A program made the position numbers and the translations under genes. A DNA stretch of 64,000 bases, from assembly GCF_009914755.1 (NCBI RefSeq), contig NC_060934.1; one strand, 5' to 3'. Positions 27,563-41,356 of the stretch are shown here, piece by piece. How positions within the stretch are numbered: the stretch's first letter is position 1; each line of letters starts with the position of its first letter. This DNA is from the human T2T-CHM13v2.0 reference genome, Homo sapiens. The notes beneath the pieces were generated by a model, which saw nothing but the letters and a program-made list of their open reading frames with translations, was not told the DNA's origin and searched no databases.

Positions 27563-29813
27563 CACACTTCAGAGGGATGTGGGGCTGGCGTGTGAACTCT
27601 ACCTCAGTAAAGCTGTGTCAAGAGAAAAGGTAACAACTCAACGAGAGTTTCCTCAGAGGATGTTTCTAGGCCAACCCAGGCCAGGAACTGGATTCCACCC
27701 CAAAGGGTCACTGTGCACGAGGGCGTCCGGGGAGCCGCTGACCTGCAGGGTCCTCACCAGCCTTCCTGGCTCCGCTGTGCCGCACCCTTAGGAGCGCTCT
27801 CATGTACCCTGATCTCCTCTGCGTGCCCCGCCAGGCTCGCCACACCCCAGTTTTCATTTCGACGTGCAGTTGGGCTGCACGTCGTGTGTCGGGCATAAGC
27901 AGTCTTGGAAATTTTCCACGATATTTAGGCCAAGACAAGTCAATGGCAAAGGAAATCTTTATTTAGATTTATCTATTGTAATGATGCCTCGGGCAGGTCG
28001 ATTATTAAGGACCTGCTCAGAGACTGTTTTTCTGAGTCTCTCAATCGGAGCGAGCTTATCGTTCGGGGTCACCTCAAATGAGCCTGGAATCGGCGAGTTA
28101 ATCCTCAATTGTTAAAGAGAAAGTAGCAGCATCCATAAGGATCCTGAGGCTTCCAGTTTCTTTGCCTGCAAGGTTGCTTGCCCCATTCTCCTCCATCTCG
28201 GGAGCAGCTTCCAAGGGCGGCCTCTCCAGCAGCAGCGCATGGGATACCCAGGGCTGCTTGTCCGCAGGCCCCCTGGCAGGACTCCCAGGTGGAGGAAGGG
28301 GTGGGCACAGAGAGCCTCCCCTGCCAGGGTACCAAGGCCTGGGACTCCTGTCTCAAAGGCTCCTGCAGAATTCCCCGCCAACCCCCAAGAGGATCCTTTC
28401 TATGGCTGAGGGAACCAGCCCTGCCAGCCCTCAGCCTCCATGACGAGCCCAGACCACCACTTGGAAGGGCTCTGCCCAGGCAGGGGTATCAGGAGCAGAA
28501 TGCACCACCTGTCCACCACACCCCCAGGCCAGGCTGAGCCAAGCACAGGGAGCTGCTTAGGCCAAAGGGCACCACCGCCCAGGTGCCAGCAGGAAACGTG
28601 TGGGTCTCAGGTGGCGGCCCTGACTGTTGGCCCCATTCAGTAAGAGCGGCACAAGGCCTGGAGGACAGCTGCTCCCACCAATGGACATATCTGGGGAGAC
28701 GTGCTGCCCAGGACCCTGGGGCTGGCCTGTATCCCGTGTCCAGTCAGTGCAGGACACAGAGGCTTGAGTCTGGCCGAGACTTAGGCTACCCTGATTGCCA
28801 CAGCAGCCAGCTCCTTCTGGGGTCAGCTGAGGTCTCTGGACCCACACAGCCCCCTGCCTAGACCCTCCCTTCTCTCAGGGTGGCATGCTGAGGCCTCCCC
28901 AGGAATAGTCCTGCTGGCACCAGATGTCAGGCACCAGACCGAGTCCTGCCTCCCACGGCCTCCCAGACAGGGTCATCCCACTCCTGCTGATGATGGCAGA
29001 GGGAGCGCAGGGTCTGTGCCCTTCTGCAGAACCTCTCAGCCTTCGGACTGCAGGAACTCATGCTTCATAGAAATTCTCAGAATATCAAACAAACAGACCA
29101 AAAAATGGCCTGATTTTTCCAAGACTTGGCCTCCCAAATGCCACGGTTAACCACTGCACTCAGGCTGACGGGCGTGGGGGTGGAACAGAGGGGTGTAGAG
29201 GGATGGCAGGCGCACCCCGAGAGCCCTCCAGGGACGTTCCTGCCCTACACACCCTGCTGTTTCCTTCTACCCAGCAGGGTGGGCCCCACCCTGAGGTCCT
29301 TTCAGCTCCCTGGGAAGTGTATGCTTTGGGGTAGGGATTCTAGGCTGGGAGGGAGAACCGAGGACAGGACAGAGGAGGGGCTGCAGTGAACAGGAGCCCC
29401 AGATGTGCACAGCCGCTGGAATGGCCAGACCCCGGGCCAGGTGGAGGGCAATTCTCAGCTGTGAGCTCACACCTGGGGAGCTGGGCCCCTTGGAAGACCC
29501 AAGGCCTGGTGCCCCCACAGACCAAGGAGGGCTGTCTGGGACAGGGGTGCAGTGGGAGAAGGAGCCCCTCCTAGGGCTGAATTCTGGGATCTTTTCAAGC
29601 ACTATCTGAAGGAGGCCTGGCCTGTGGTTTTCTGATCACCCCAATGTCCCAAGAAGGGCGGAAGGCCCAGGCTGCTGGTGCAGGGAGGGGCTGCATTCAG
29701 AGGTCCCCAGTGCCGACCACAGCCCTGGAAAACAGCAAGTCCTGAAGAAGGTGCGAAGGTGCTGGGCCTCCAAGGCAGCGGGCGCCTTTGTTTCCTCCAT
29801 TCCTGTACAGAGC

Positions 29814-30638
29814 TCAGCTCCAGTGATAGGGACGGTCACTCTGGGATCAGCTCCAGTGATAGGGACGGTCACTCTGGGATCAGCGCCAGTGATAGGGACG
29901 GTCACTCTGGGATCAGCGCCAGTGATAGGGACGGTCACTCTGGGATCAGCTCCAGTGATAGGGACGGTCACTCTGGGATCAGCTCCAGTGATAGGGACGG
30001 TCACTCTGGGATCAGCTCCAGTGATAGGGACGGTCACTCTGGGATCAGCGCCAGTGATAGGAGTGGTCACTCTGGGATCAGCGCCAGTGATAGGGACGGT
30101 CACTCTGGGATCAGCGCCAGTGATAGGAGTGGTCACTCTGGGATCAGCGCCAGTGATAGGGACGGTCACTCTGGGATCAGCACCAGTGATAGGGACGGTC
30201 ACTCTGGGATCAGCTCCAGTGATAGGGACGGTCACTCTGGGATCAGCACCAGTGATAGGAGTGGTCACTCTGGGATCAGCGCCAGTGATAGGGACGGTCA
30301 CTCTGGGATCAGCGCCAGTGATAGGAGTGGTCACTCTGGGATCGGCGCCAGTGATAGGGACGGTCACTCTGGGATCGGCGCCAGTGATAGGAGTGGTCAC
30401 TCTGGGATCGGCGCCAGTGATAGGGACGGTCACTCTGGGATCGGCGCCAGTGATAGGGACGGTCACTCTGGGATCGGCGCCAGTGATAGGGACGGTCACT
30501 CTGGGATCGGCTCCAGTGATAGGGACGGTCACTCTGGGATCGGCGCCAGTGATAGGGACGGTCACTCTGGGATCGGCTCCAGTGATAGGGACGGTCACTC
30601 TGGGATCGGCTCCAGTGATAGGAGTGGTCACTCTGGGA
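29814..30638. repeat. 33-bp minisatellite, 25 copies
   Basis: ccagtgatagg(gac/agt)ggtcactctgggatc(a/g)gc(t/g/a); 11-aa periodicity in the ORF track. Confidence 0.98.
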
Positions 30639-33600
30639 CCTCCAGGCTCTGCACCTGGCAGGGGCTTGAGTCAGTGCTTTGGGCTCTGCTCTCTGTGGTC
30701 ACTAGAGCTGCTGGTCCTTCCTGACCAGACACAGATGCAGGTTTCAAGTCTCTCATCTCCAAGTCCAGTCAGGACGTGAACAACAGAGGGAACGGTCCCT
30801 CCATGGATCAAGTGAGCGCGTCCAAGGGCAGGATGTTCTGGTTGTAATTAGGTGGCTCACATTTCAATTTGGCAGGGATATTAAAAGGCATCCCGGAGGA
30901 GGCCATTGGAATGCTGAGCAGGGAATGAAGGCTCTGAGGAAACCCTTAGAAAGAGGGCATTTAATGAGCCGCGGCCGCCAAGGGGCCCATGGTGCCCCGA
31001 GGTTTGGGCTGCCTTTGGCTTCAGTTTCTTCTTGTCAGGCCAGGGACTCTGAGAGGCGCAGAGGTCCTTCTCTGTGCATGATGGTGGCTGCTGAAGGTCA
31101 CCTTGGCTAACACAGGCCCAGAAATGGCAACAAAAGGGGCAGCAAGCCTGTGACCCAAAGAGAGGGCCCAGGCAGTGTGGGACCCCCCGTCCAGCAAGGA
31201 TGGAGGAAGCCTTCTAGTCACACCACCTGGTCATGCACCTGCCTGGGGTCATACCCCACCACCATGCACATCTCCCCCACCATGAACCTGCCTGGGGCCA
31301 CACCACCCACCATGCATCTGCCTGGGGCCACATGCACCCGACCATGCAGCTACCCAGGGCCACACCTGCCTGCAGGGCACATTCCCTTCCCCCAAAACAC
31401 CTGCCTGGGGAAATGTTCACTCTCAGAAGAAACTCATGGTCCACACATCATGGATGATGGCAGCTCCTCCCACCTGCTGACCCACCTGTACCCTTCAGGC
31501 TCGGAACTCTTCCCAAGCCAGCCTTCCCAGGACCCCTTGAAACTGAAGGTGCTGGTGCTGCCCGGGCTGTACCTGGCTGGAGCTATGAACTTTAGTCCAC
31601 TCAGCACACCTGACTCACCACGGACCAAACTGAGATTTGAAGGAGGGAAGGAAGCTTTGGGAGACCCTGGAGGCCACGGTGAGGGAGAGGTGGGGGCAAA
31701 GGCTGCCTGGAGCCAGGGATGGGGCAAGGGGCCTCAGCTTGGCCTCTTACCACCCGTGACTTCAGCTGGTCTTTGGAGCCTTGGTTTCCTTATCGAATGG
31801 GAACACAGTGAAGTGTCAATGAGCAGGCACAGGTGAGTGCCCTTTGTAAACCGTCTGGAGCCACAGCAGGGTCACGGAGGACGAATCCTTGAGGAGATGT
31901 GAACGTCCTGATGTCCAGGCCATGCCCGGTCCCTCCAGGGTGGAACTCAGGCATCCACGATCCTTTGGAGCACATGTGATGCATGGAGCAGCCCAAGGCC
32001 TGCTGTGCAGGCCAATACGAGGGTGCATGCCTGCGGCCACAGCAGAACTCCGGGGCCTGAGCTCTGAAGCAGGAGGCAGCTCACCAGTCGGCTAGCTGAG
32101 CCTGGCTTCAGGCAGACGGGTGCACCTCTTATGACAGTGGGCAGGCCACTTCACAGATGACCCACGGCTCAGGCCTGGCTAGCGTTAGATTCTCTGCTGC
32201 AGGGTTACTGGCCCAGGGCACTGGGGACCAGCCAGGTGTACCTGCCAGGAATTGTCACTGGCAGAGGTCAGCCCAGCTCCTTGCCTGCCCAGCCTGGGCA
32301 TTTTCCAAGGAGAGACAGACCCTGGGCCTCTGTGGTCAGCCCCAACCAGGGACCCAGCTCTCCACCAGCCAGGTCCTGAGTCTGAGTTTACAGTTTACTA
32401 TTCAAACTAAGGAGAAAATCCTCCAAAGTACACAGAAGAATCCATCATATCCCAATCAACACCCATATGAACATGAAGCAAGGCCCTGCTGCTGCTCCTA
32501 AATGGGGGACAGTGACATTTGGACAGACAGCGTCCTCCCAGCAGAGGGATGTGCTCAGGTTCTGGAAGGAACAATGGAAAAAAAGTCATTTTTTCCATAG
32601 AAGTGTCATGTGTAAGACAAAAACGTTCTGGAAAGCACTTTGCATTTGTTTCCCCAAGCCTGTAGAAATGAGGTGACCGCACAGGGCAGGAAAAGTGGGT
32701 GGAGAACACTCTGGGTCATCCGGGAGGTTCCTAGAGGAGGCGAAATGCATTTCCCAGAAAGACGACAAGCCGGTACTGCTGTTCCTCACAGGGACCCACT
32801 GGGAGGCAGGCTCTGCCTTCTCCATGGCAAGTCCAGGGCCGGCCACGTCAGCTGGTGAGGTCCTGCAGGGAAACAGCAGTGCCACCCTGAGTGCCACCCG
32901 GAATAAAGCTGGGCCCGGGGAAGGAGGCTCCTGAGGTCGGAGAGCACAGCTGACTCCAGGGCTGCTGAGCAGGTGCGCCTTGCCCCACAGGCTCCACACC
33001 CTCCAGATCAACCAGGGATTCAGCCAACAGCCCCCACCACATCGAGCTCTTCTCCCTCCTGGAGCCCCCCAGAAGTCCCAGAGCCTGACCTGCCTCACCC
33101 TTAAAGGGCAGCCAACCTGAGGTGTGCAGAGTGCAGGAGGGGACCGTTCTGGTCCTCACACACCCAGCAAGCAAGCAAGCATGCGGCTCCCGCTGTGAAA
33201 AGGCCACTCTTGGGCGTGGGGTCCCTGCTCTTGGGAACCTACATTCTAGTGGGAAGGATCGAAGGTACGTGGGTGAGCAAACATACAAACAGGATCATCC
33301 ACCAAGTGCAGATGTTTTGATAGCAACAAAACAGGGGATGTGATGGGAGTCTCACTGGATTGACCTGCAAATTCTTTCCCAAGGGGGCACTGAGGGGCAA
33401 GACGCCCGCTGCGTGTGATCCAGGGAAAAGGGCCAAAGACAGAGGGAGCTGCTGGTGCCAGTGCCCAGGGGCTGGGTCAAGTGGGCAGTTTCTTGGTGCA
33501 GAAAGGAGGCCTGGGTGTTGCCGGGGAGAAGGAGAGAGGCCCAGGAGCGGCCCCCACCAAGTCTGGGCCGGCAAGTGGGCCGGGGCCCGCTGTGTTCAGA

Positions 33601-34629
33601 TGTGGTGGTCACCGTATCACCAGGCGTCGTGGCAGAGATGGGGGTGCCGTGCACTTTTCCATCCAGGAATGAAGCCCTGTCACCCTCTGGAAGGAGAGCA
33701 TCAAACAAGAAGCCAGCGGGGCAGGGGAGGGTCAGCCCGCCCACACAGGGCCCTCCTGAGCTTGGGGCTGAGCCATGCTGAGGTGAGGTCAGTGCTGAAG
33801 GGTCCCTCAGCCTTCGGAAGTGGGGCATTGAGGATTTTTCTGCTGCTCCAAATCCTCACCAGAGCTGAATCTGGGCTGGAGGTTGGGATTTCCCAGGGAA
33901 TGACAACCTGTGACAGCCACAGGACCTTGCCTCCCTGGGTACAGCCCCACCTATGCACTCTCAGTTCCTGGGAGGCCAGGATGGGCCCAGCCGGCTCCTG
34001 CTCTCAGGGGAAGACCTCACACCTGTCTCCGGACTCTGCAAGCCCTAACCTGTGGCCCTGCCATGGTTCCCACCCCACCCCCTGCCTCCTGCCAAGCCCA
34101 TCTTTCTCCTGTAGCCCTGCCCTGGGCCCCTCCCCAGATCTGTGTGTTATCCCCACCTTCATCCTGCACGGAACCTGTGCCTAGCTCCGCAGCTACCAGG
34201 ATCCTCCTGCCACCCACCTGGGGCCCCCAAACCCTCGAGCCAGGCCAGGGCCGGGAGCGGCCGTCATCCAAACCCTTCTGAGTGTGGCTGCCTGGGGCCT
34301 GGTCCCGTGCCTGGCTCTGAGGGACATTTATTTGCAGGTGCACAGACCCGGTCGCAGAGCAGACCTGGGACCGCCCTGTGATGCCCAGAGTGAGGGCTGA
34401 GCACAAGGCAGGCCAGGCCTGGCAAAGAGCCCCTGAGCCCGGGGGTGATGTGACGCCGCCGGCCCTGAGCCCTCCGCGGCAAAGCTCCAGAGGGTTGGGG
34501 CTGAAGTGGGTGAATGCTGCCACCCTGCTCCTGGGGTGGCCTCCCCACAGGGCCCTGCCGGCTCCTCCAAGCCCCTCCCAGTGGCCGCTCTGACCCAGAC
34601 CACGTCCTTAAAAATGACCTCAGTACTGA

Positions 34630-35860
34630 TCATGGACCTAAATGTGGAGCCTAATTCTATAAAACTTCTAGACTAAAACACAGAAGAAAACTTTGTGATT
34701 CTGAGTTAACAAACATTTCTTAGGACAGAAAAGGCAGTTACTATAAAAAAGTTGATAAATTGGATGTCATAAAAATTAAATTTTTTTGTCTTCCAAAGAC
34801 ATCATTAAATCGATGAAAAGACAAGCCACAGACTGTGAGAAAATAATTGCAATGCCTATAAATGACAAAGGACTTTCCCCGCAATACATAAAAAACACTT
34901 ACAACTCAATAAGAAAGCAAATCAACTAGTTTCATAAATGGACAAAACATTGAACAGACAAACTATAAGAAACGATGTACAAATGGCTAAGCACACAAAA
35001 GGATACTGTATTCTGTCATCCTTGCACTGCTATGAAGAAATACCTGAGACTGGCTAATTTATAAAGAAAAGAGGTTTAATTGGCTCACGGTTCTGCAGTC
35101 TGTGCGGGAAGGCATAGTGGCTTCTGCTTCTGGGGAGGCCCCAGGAAACTTACAATCATGGCGGAAGGTGAAGGGGGAGCCGGCACGTCACATGGCCAGA
35201 GGAGGAGGAAGAGAGATGGACGGGAGGCGCTACACACTTTTAAACAACAAGATCTCACGAGAACTAACTCACTATTGTGACAACAGTAGCCAAGGGGGAA
35301 ATCCACCCCCACGATCCTGTCACCTCCACCAGGTCCCACCTCCAACACTGGGGATCACAACTGAACATGAGATTTGGGCCAGGACAAGGATCCAGACCAT
35401 ACCAGTTGCTGACGTCCTTAGTCATCGGGGAAACGGGGAATGAGGAAGATGAGAATGTAAAGCGGTACAGAAAGCGAAACATACACTTACCGTGAGACCC
35501 AGGAAGCCCACGTGGAGACATTTATCCAGGACAAAAGAAAGCACATATCCACAAAGACTTGAATATGCATGTTTATAGCAGTTTTGTTCATAAGAGTCCC
35601 AAGCTGGAAATAACTCAAATGTCTAACAACAGATGAACAAATAAACTGGAAAAGGCATACGATGGAACCCTTCTCAGCAATCAACAAGAGAAACAATCAC
35701 TGCAGGTATACACAGCTGCATGGATGAATCTCAAGAACATTACACGGAGCGAGGAAGCCAGACAGAGGGCTACGTACTGCAGGATTCCAGAGATATGAAA
35801 TCCCAGGACGGGAAAAACTCGCCCAAAGTGACAGAAAGCAGATCGGCGGTTGCCTAACTC
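34630..35860 (+). mobile_element. L1M 3' remnant interrupted by an MST LTR
   Basis: ggacctaaatgt...aaaagacaagccacagactgtgagaaaataattgc...tttatagcagttttgttcataagagtcccaagctggaaa. Confidence 0.8.
35007..35404 (-). mobile_element. MSTA-like MaLR solo LTR
   Basis: gctatgaagaaatacctgagactgg...aatttataaagaaaagaggtttaattggctcacggttctgcag...catgagatttgg. Confidence 0.9.
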
Positions 35861-36468
35861 CATGCTCTCATTTCTGGTTGTTTTCCAGTTGGTTCTCTTA
35901 AGGTTTTCAGGAAGACATTCACATCATCAGCTAATAACAATTACTTTTCCTCTTTTCCAATGGCTGTATTTTTTCTTTTTCATGTTTTTTTGCACTGGCT
36001 GGAAATTTTAGGACAATATGAGATGACAGTGGTGAGAGTGTGTAGGTTTGTCGTGACTGTGGCCTTTGGCTGCTGCCTATATTCATCTAGACTCCTACAA
36101 AAGACAGGAAAAACAACCAAATTAGCTTCAAGGGCATTTACTTATTTACACACAGCTGTGAGATTCAGGTGTGGCTGGATCAAGCATCCCAGCCTAGGTT
36201 CTAAGTGTGTATATGTGCTTCCCCTCTCTGTCACAAGATGGCTGCAATAGCTCTAGACTGTATGTCCCCTTGGGTATGAATCCAAGGGAATAATGTGTGT
36301 ATTTTTTCCAGAATTTCCAGAAAAAGTCTAATTATGCTTCACTGGTCTCCTGGGACCTCTTGCCCACCTGTGGCCAGGAAAACAATGTGCTGATTGTCAC
36401 CCCGGGTCACTTGCCCATTCCTAGGGTGGACAGGTGAGGGAAGAGATGCAGAGCTGGGTAGGTGCCAC

Positions 36469-37203
36469 CAATGACCAGGTCCACCCGAGCCCTCCTCTCA
36501 TCCCCAGTGACCCAAGTCCACCCGAGCCCTCCTCTCATCCCCAGTGACTAGGTCCATCCGAGTCCTTCTCTCATCCCCAACAACCCAGCTCCACCTGAGC
36601 CCTCCTCTCATCCCCAATGACCCAGGTCCACCACGGTCTTTCTCTCACCCCCAACGACCCAGGTCTACTGAGCCCTACTCTCATCCCCAACGACCCAGGT
36701 CTACTGAGCCCTACTCTCATCCCCAACGACCTAGGTCCACCCGAGCCCTCCTCTTATCTCCAGTGACCCAGGTCCACCCGAGCCCTCCTCTCATCCCCAA
36801 CGACCTAGGTCCACCCGAGCCCTCCTCTTATCTCCAGTGACCCAGGTCCACCCGAGCCCTCCTCTCATCCCCAACGACCCAGCTCCACCTGAGCCCTCCT
36901 CTCATTTCCAACAACCCAGCTCCACCTGAGCCCTCCTCTCATTCCCAACAACCCAGATCCACCTAAACCCTCCTCTCATCCCCAATGACCCAGGTCCACC
37001 TGACCCCTCCTCTCATCCCCAATGACCCAGGTCCACCTGACCCCTCCTCTCATCCCCAATGACCCAGGTCCACCTGAGCCCTCCTGTCATTCCCAACCCA
37101 GGTCCACTGAGCCCTCCTCTTATCCCCAGTGACCCAGGTCCACCTGAGTCCTTCTTTCATCCCCAATGACCCAGGTCCACCCAAGCCCTCCTCTCATCCC
37201 CCA
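36469..37203. repeat. 37-bp minisatellite, ~20 copies
   Basis: ca(a/g)tgacccaggtccacc(c/t)gagccctcctctcatccc, with 36-bp variants. Confidence 0.95.
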
Positions 37204-37598
37204 CCCTCTATAAGGGTGGCCTCCCACATATGCGTTTCGGCTCCCTGGTCCATCTTTCAGACCCTGCTGGCAGACTAGAATCTGAGCTCAGGGACACAGA
37301 GACCAGGAGCTGAGCTTACCAACAGCAGGACTCCATGGGGGAAGCTCATGGCTCCCACAGACAAATGGCTCCTTTCACTCTTCTCTTGGACATGTGAGAT
37401 GCCCAGCCAGCCTTCTGGTAAATTCCCTCTCTCGCTCCAGCTACTGTGACTTGGTTTCCCTGACTTGGCACCACGTGAACCTGCATATCAATGGGCTGCC
37501 TCCAGCCTGGCGTTCAGCTTTTGCTGTGGTCACCATTGTCCTAGCAAATGCTCTTTTTCTTCCTCCATATTCTATTCTGTTTAAGAATATTAAGAATA

Positions 37599-38500
<902 letters not shown>

Positions 38501-38592
38501 TTTCCATCAGAATGAAGAATGACGGTGTTTCAGTTTCTTACCTACGACTATATATGAGCTCCCTGGTGTGGATGTCAGGAAGGGCTTATGAG

Positions 38593-39404
38593 GGGTGTGT
38601 GTGTGTTATGTGTGTGGTTTGTGTATGCATGTATGTATGGGTGTGTGTGTGGTATGTATGTGTGTATGTGTGGTATGTATGTGTGTATATGTGTGGTTTG
38701 CATGTGGCATGATGTGTGTGGTGTGTATGCATGTATATATAGGGGTATATGTGTGTGATATGTGTGGTGTGTGTGTGGTCTGTGTGAATGTGCGTTGTGT
38801 GCATGTGTGGTGGGTGTGTGCACGTATGTATAGGAGTATGTGTGTGTGACATGTGTGGTGTATATGACTGTGTATGGTATGTGCGTGGTGTGTGGTGTGT
38901 GTGTGGTGTGTATATGTATGGATGTGTGCTGTGTGTGCATGTGTGTGGTGTGCGTATGTGAGTGTGTGTGGTGTGTGGTGAGTGTGTCTGTGGCATGTAT
39001 ATGTATGAATGTGTCCTGTGTGTGCATGTTTGTGTGGTGTGTGTATGTGTGTGTGGTATGTGTGTGGTGTGCGGTGTGTGTGTGGTATGTATATGTATGG
39101 ATATGTGGTGTGTGTGCATGTGTGTGTGGTATGTATATGCATGTATGTATGGTGTGGGGGGTTGTGTATGCTGTATTTGTGGTATGTGTGTGGTGTGTGT
39201 ATGTGTGGTATATGTTGTGTGTGTGTGTGGTATGTATGTATGGATGTGTGGTGTGTGTGCATGTGTGTGTGTGGTGTGTGTATGCACATATGTATTGGTG
39301 TGTGGGGTTGTGTGTGGTGTATGTGTGGTATATGTGTGGTGTGTGTATGTGTGGTATGTGTGTGGTGTGTGTGCTGTGTGTGTGTGTATGTGGTGCATGT
39401 GTGT
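38593..39404. repeat. ~810-bp degenerate (TG)n/(TGTGG)/(TATG) simple repeat
   Basis: Almost entirely G/T alternation. Confidence 0.95.
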
Positions 39405-40825
39405 AAGATGATCAGCTCTGCGTTTGACAAAAACAGGACACGTATATGGGTTTCCTTCCTCTGGGGCCCACCTGGGGCTGGTGCACCCTCCGGAAGCCCT
39501 GGCTGGATGGAGCCCCTGGGGGAGCCAGTTCCCAGGGACTCCCCATCCATGTCTGGCTCAGCTCTTCTGTCCTCCAAGCCCTCTGTCCGCTCCTACTCAA
39601 AAACGCCGCAGAGCCCTGTGTTCACGGCTCCCAGGCTCTCCCTCTGGCCTGGCCCGAGGCCTCTCCTGGAGACGCTTTCAGGCAGGGGGTCTGTGTGGCC
39701 CCACGAGGAGGTCCCCGGCCACTATCCCTGCCTGGATTCGGAAGGGGTGGAACCACAAGAGGCACCTGGGGAAATGGCAGAGCTGCCCCCAAAGCAGCCC
39801 TGACTGGAGCTCTGATGAACACAGGCCTCGGCTTCCTGCATGGGAGGCAACGAGCGGGGTGGGCCCAAGGCCGTCTGTGTTTCTGGCCTCAGCCTCTGTG
39901 GCGGAGGCACAGCAGAGGGGCCGCCAAGCATGTTTTCCACCAAATTCCGCCAGTCTTCCAGCTGCCTGCAAGTCCTGCCAGAGTCTCACGGTGGACCTGG
40001 GGCTCGGACTCCACAGGTGTTATGGGTTTGTGCTTTTCCCGTCTCCAGGGGCACCTCAGTGGGCAGTTTAAAGAGGAAGTCTGCAACCGGGGCAGCCAGC
40101 CTGATCTTTAAAACAGAAACCTTTCTCTAACAGATTTTGAAGTTAATGAAAAACAACATAATGCTTTCATTCTAGAAAATATGAATCGCTTTTTATAGAT
40201 CTTTTTATTTTCCTTTGTTTCATTAAAGCCAGACTTAGGAGTCAAAAAGAAAAAAAAAAAGATGTGGGATCTACAAGGTACAATTTCCTATTATCATCCA
40301 TCTTCCCAGGAAGCAATTTTCTTGTCTACATATAAAAGTACCCTAACGCTTGAAGCAGAGAAAACCAACCAGGGACGGCTCCCATGCTGGGAGTCCAGGG
40401 CTCGCACAGCAACGGCCACCTTCCCGAATGACCTCGTTCTGGGAAATAAACGGGAATATGTTCCACAGCCGGACGGCACCCAGGAGCTATGGGCAGTCAG
40501 GACAATGTGTCCCACAGCTGGAAGGCACCTGGGAGCTCTGGCAGAGCTGGGAGGCTGGGGAGGCCGGGGACCCTGGCTGCCACCTCTTGCCTGCATGGTT
40601 CTCCTGCTTGCAAAGGGGACAGTGCCCAAAGCCACTTGAGCCACTGGGAAAGTGGTGAGGGAGAACTGGGGTGTTGGGTGTCTCATTTCACTCTGCTGCA
40701 CCCCCAGCTCCAGCCAGGGTGGTCGGCTCTCTCTCCATCTACTACAAAGCCTCCTTGACTCTGGAGGGGCCCCCCAGTGCCCATGCCTCTGCAGAAACAA
40801 GTGTCCCAGCTCCAGCAGAGCCACC

Positions 40826-40896
40826 GCCCTCTGCCTTCCACCCTCTGTCCTCTGTCCTCTGCCCTCTGCCCTCTGTCCTCTGCCCTCTGCCCTATG
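40826..40896. repeat. 7-bp repeat (cctctg[c/t])n
   Basis: Direct inspection. Confidence 0.85.
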
Positions 40897-41117
40897 GCTG
40901 GCCCTGGCTGTGAAGTGGTCTCCCTCTTCCCCTTTCTACCCGGGGCATGAGGACCGCCAGTCTCACAGGAGGCATTGTGGATCTGGGCTGGAGAGCCTGT
41001 GCAGGGCTCCGGCTGTGGTGGGAAGGTGCCTGGCCATGAGACGCATCACTCAGTGCTTCCTTGTGACCAGAAGACGTTGAGGAAGCAACGGTTTGCTCCC
41101 AAGGGACTGGCTACCCC

Positions 41118-41316
41118 ACATACGCACGTGTATATATACATGCACAGTTCATGTTCACAATGCACACATGTGTGCTGTGCACAAGCAAACATACGCATAT
41201 AAGATACAGTGCACACACATGTGCACATCCACACAATATGTGCTCATACATGCATGTACACACATGCACACCATGTACGTCAGCATGCATCTGCAAGTAC
41301 ACAGTGCACAATGCGT

Positions 41317-41354
<38 letters not shown>
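41118..41354. repeat. CA/TG-rich tract ending in (CA)~18
   Basis: Direct inspection. Confidence 0.9.

Positions 41355-41356
<2 letters not shown>

Noticed and set aside
29636-30779. 331-348 aa ORFs with 11-aa repeats (mucin- or filaggrin-like look)
   Set aside because: Produced by a 33-bp unit lacking stops in three frames; GTG starts and no gene context. Kept only as a splice-dependent hypothesis.
31828-31838. Consensus donor CAG|GTGAGT
   Set aside because: Lies in a MIR-like remnant with no convincing paired acceptor or promoter; isolated donors are common.
38575-39803. His/Thr-rich and Cys/Val-rich long ORFs
   Set aside because: Translation of the TG-rich simple repeat.
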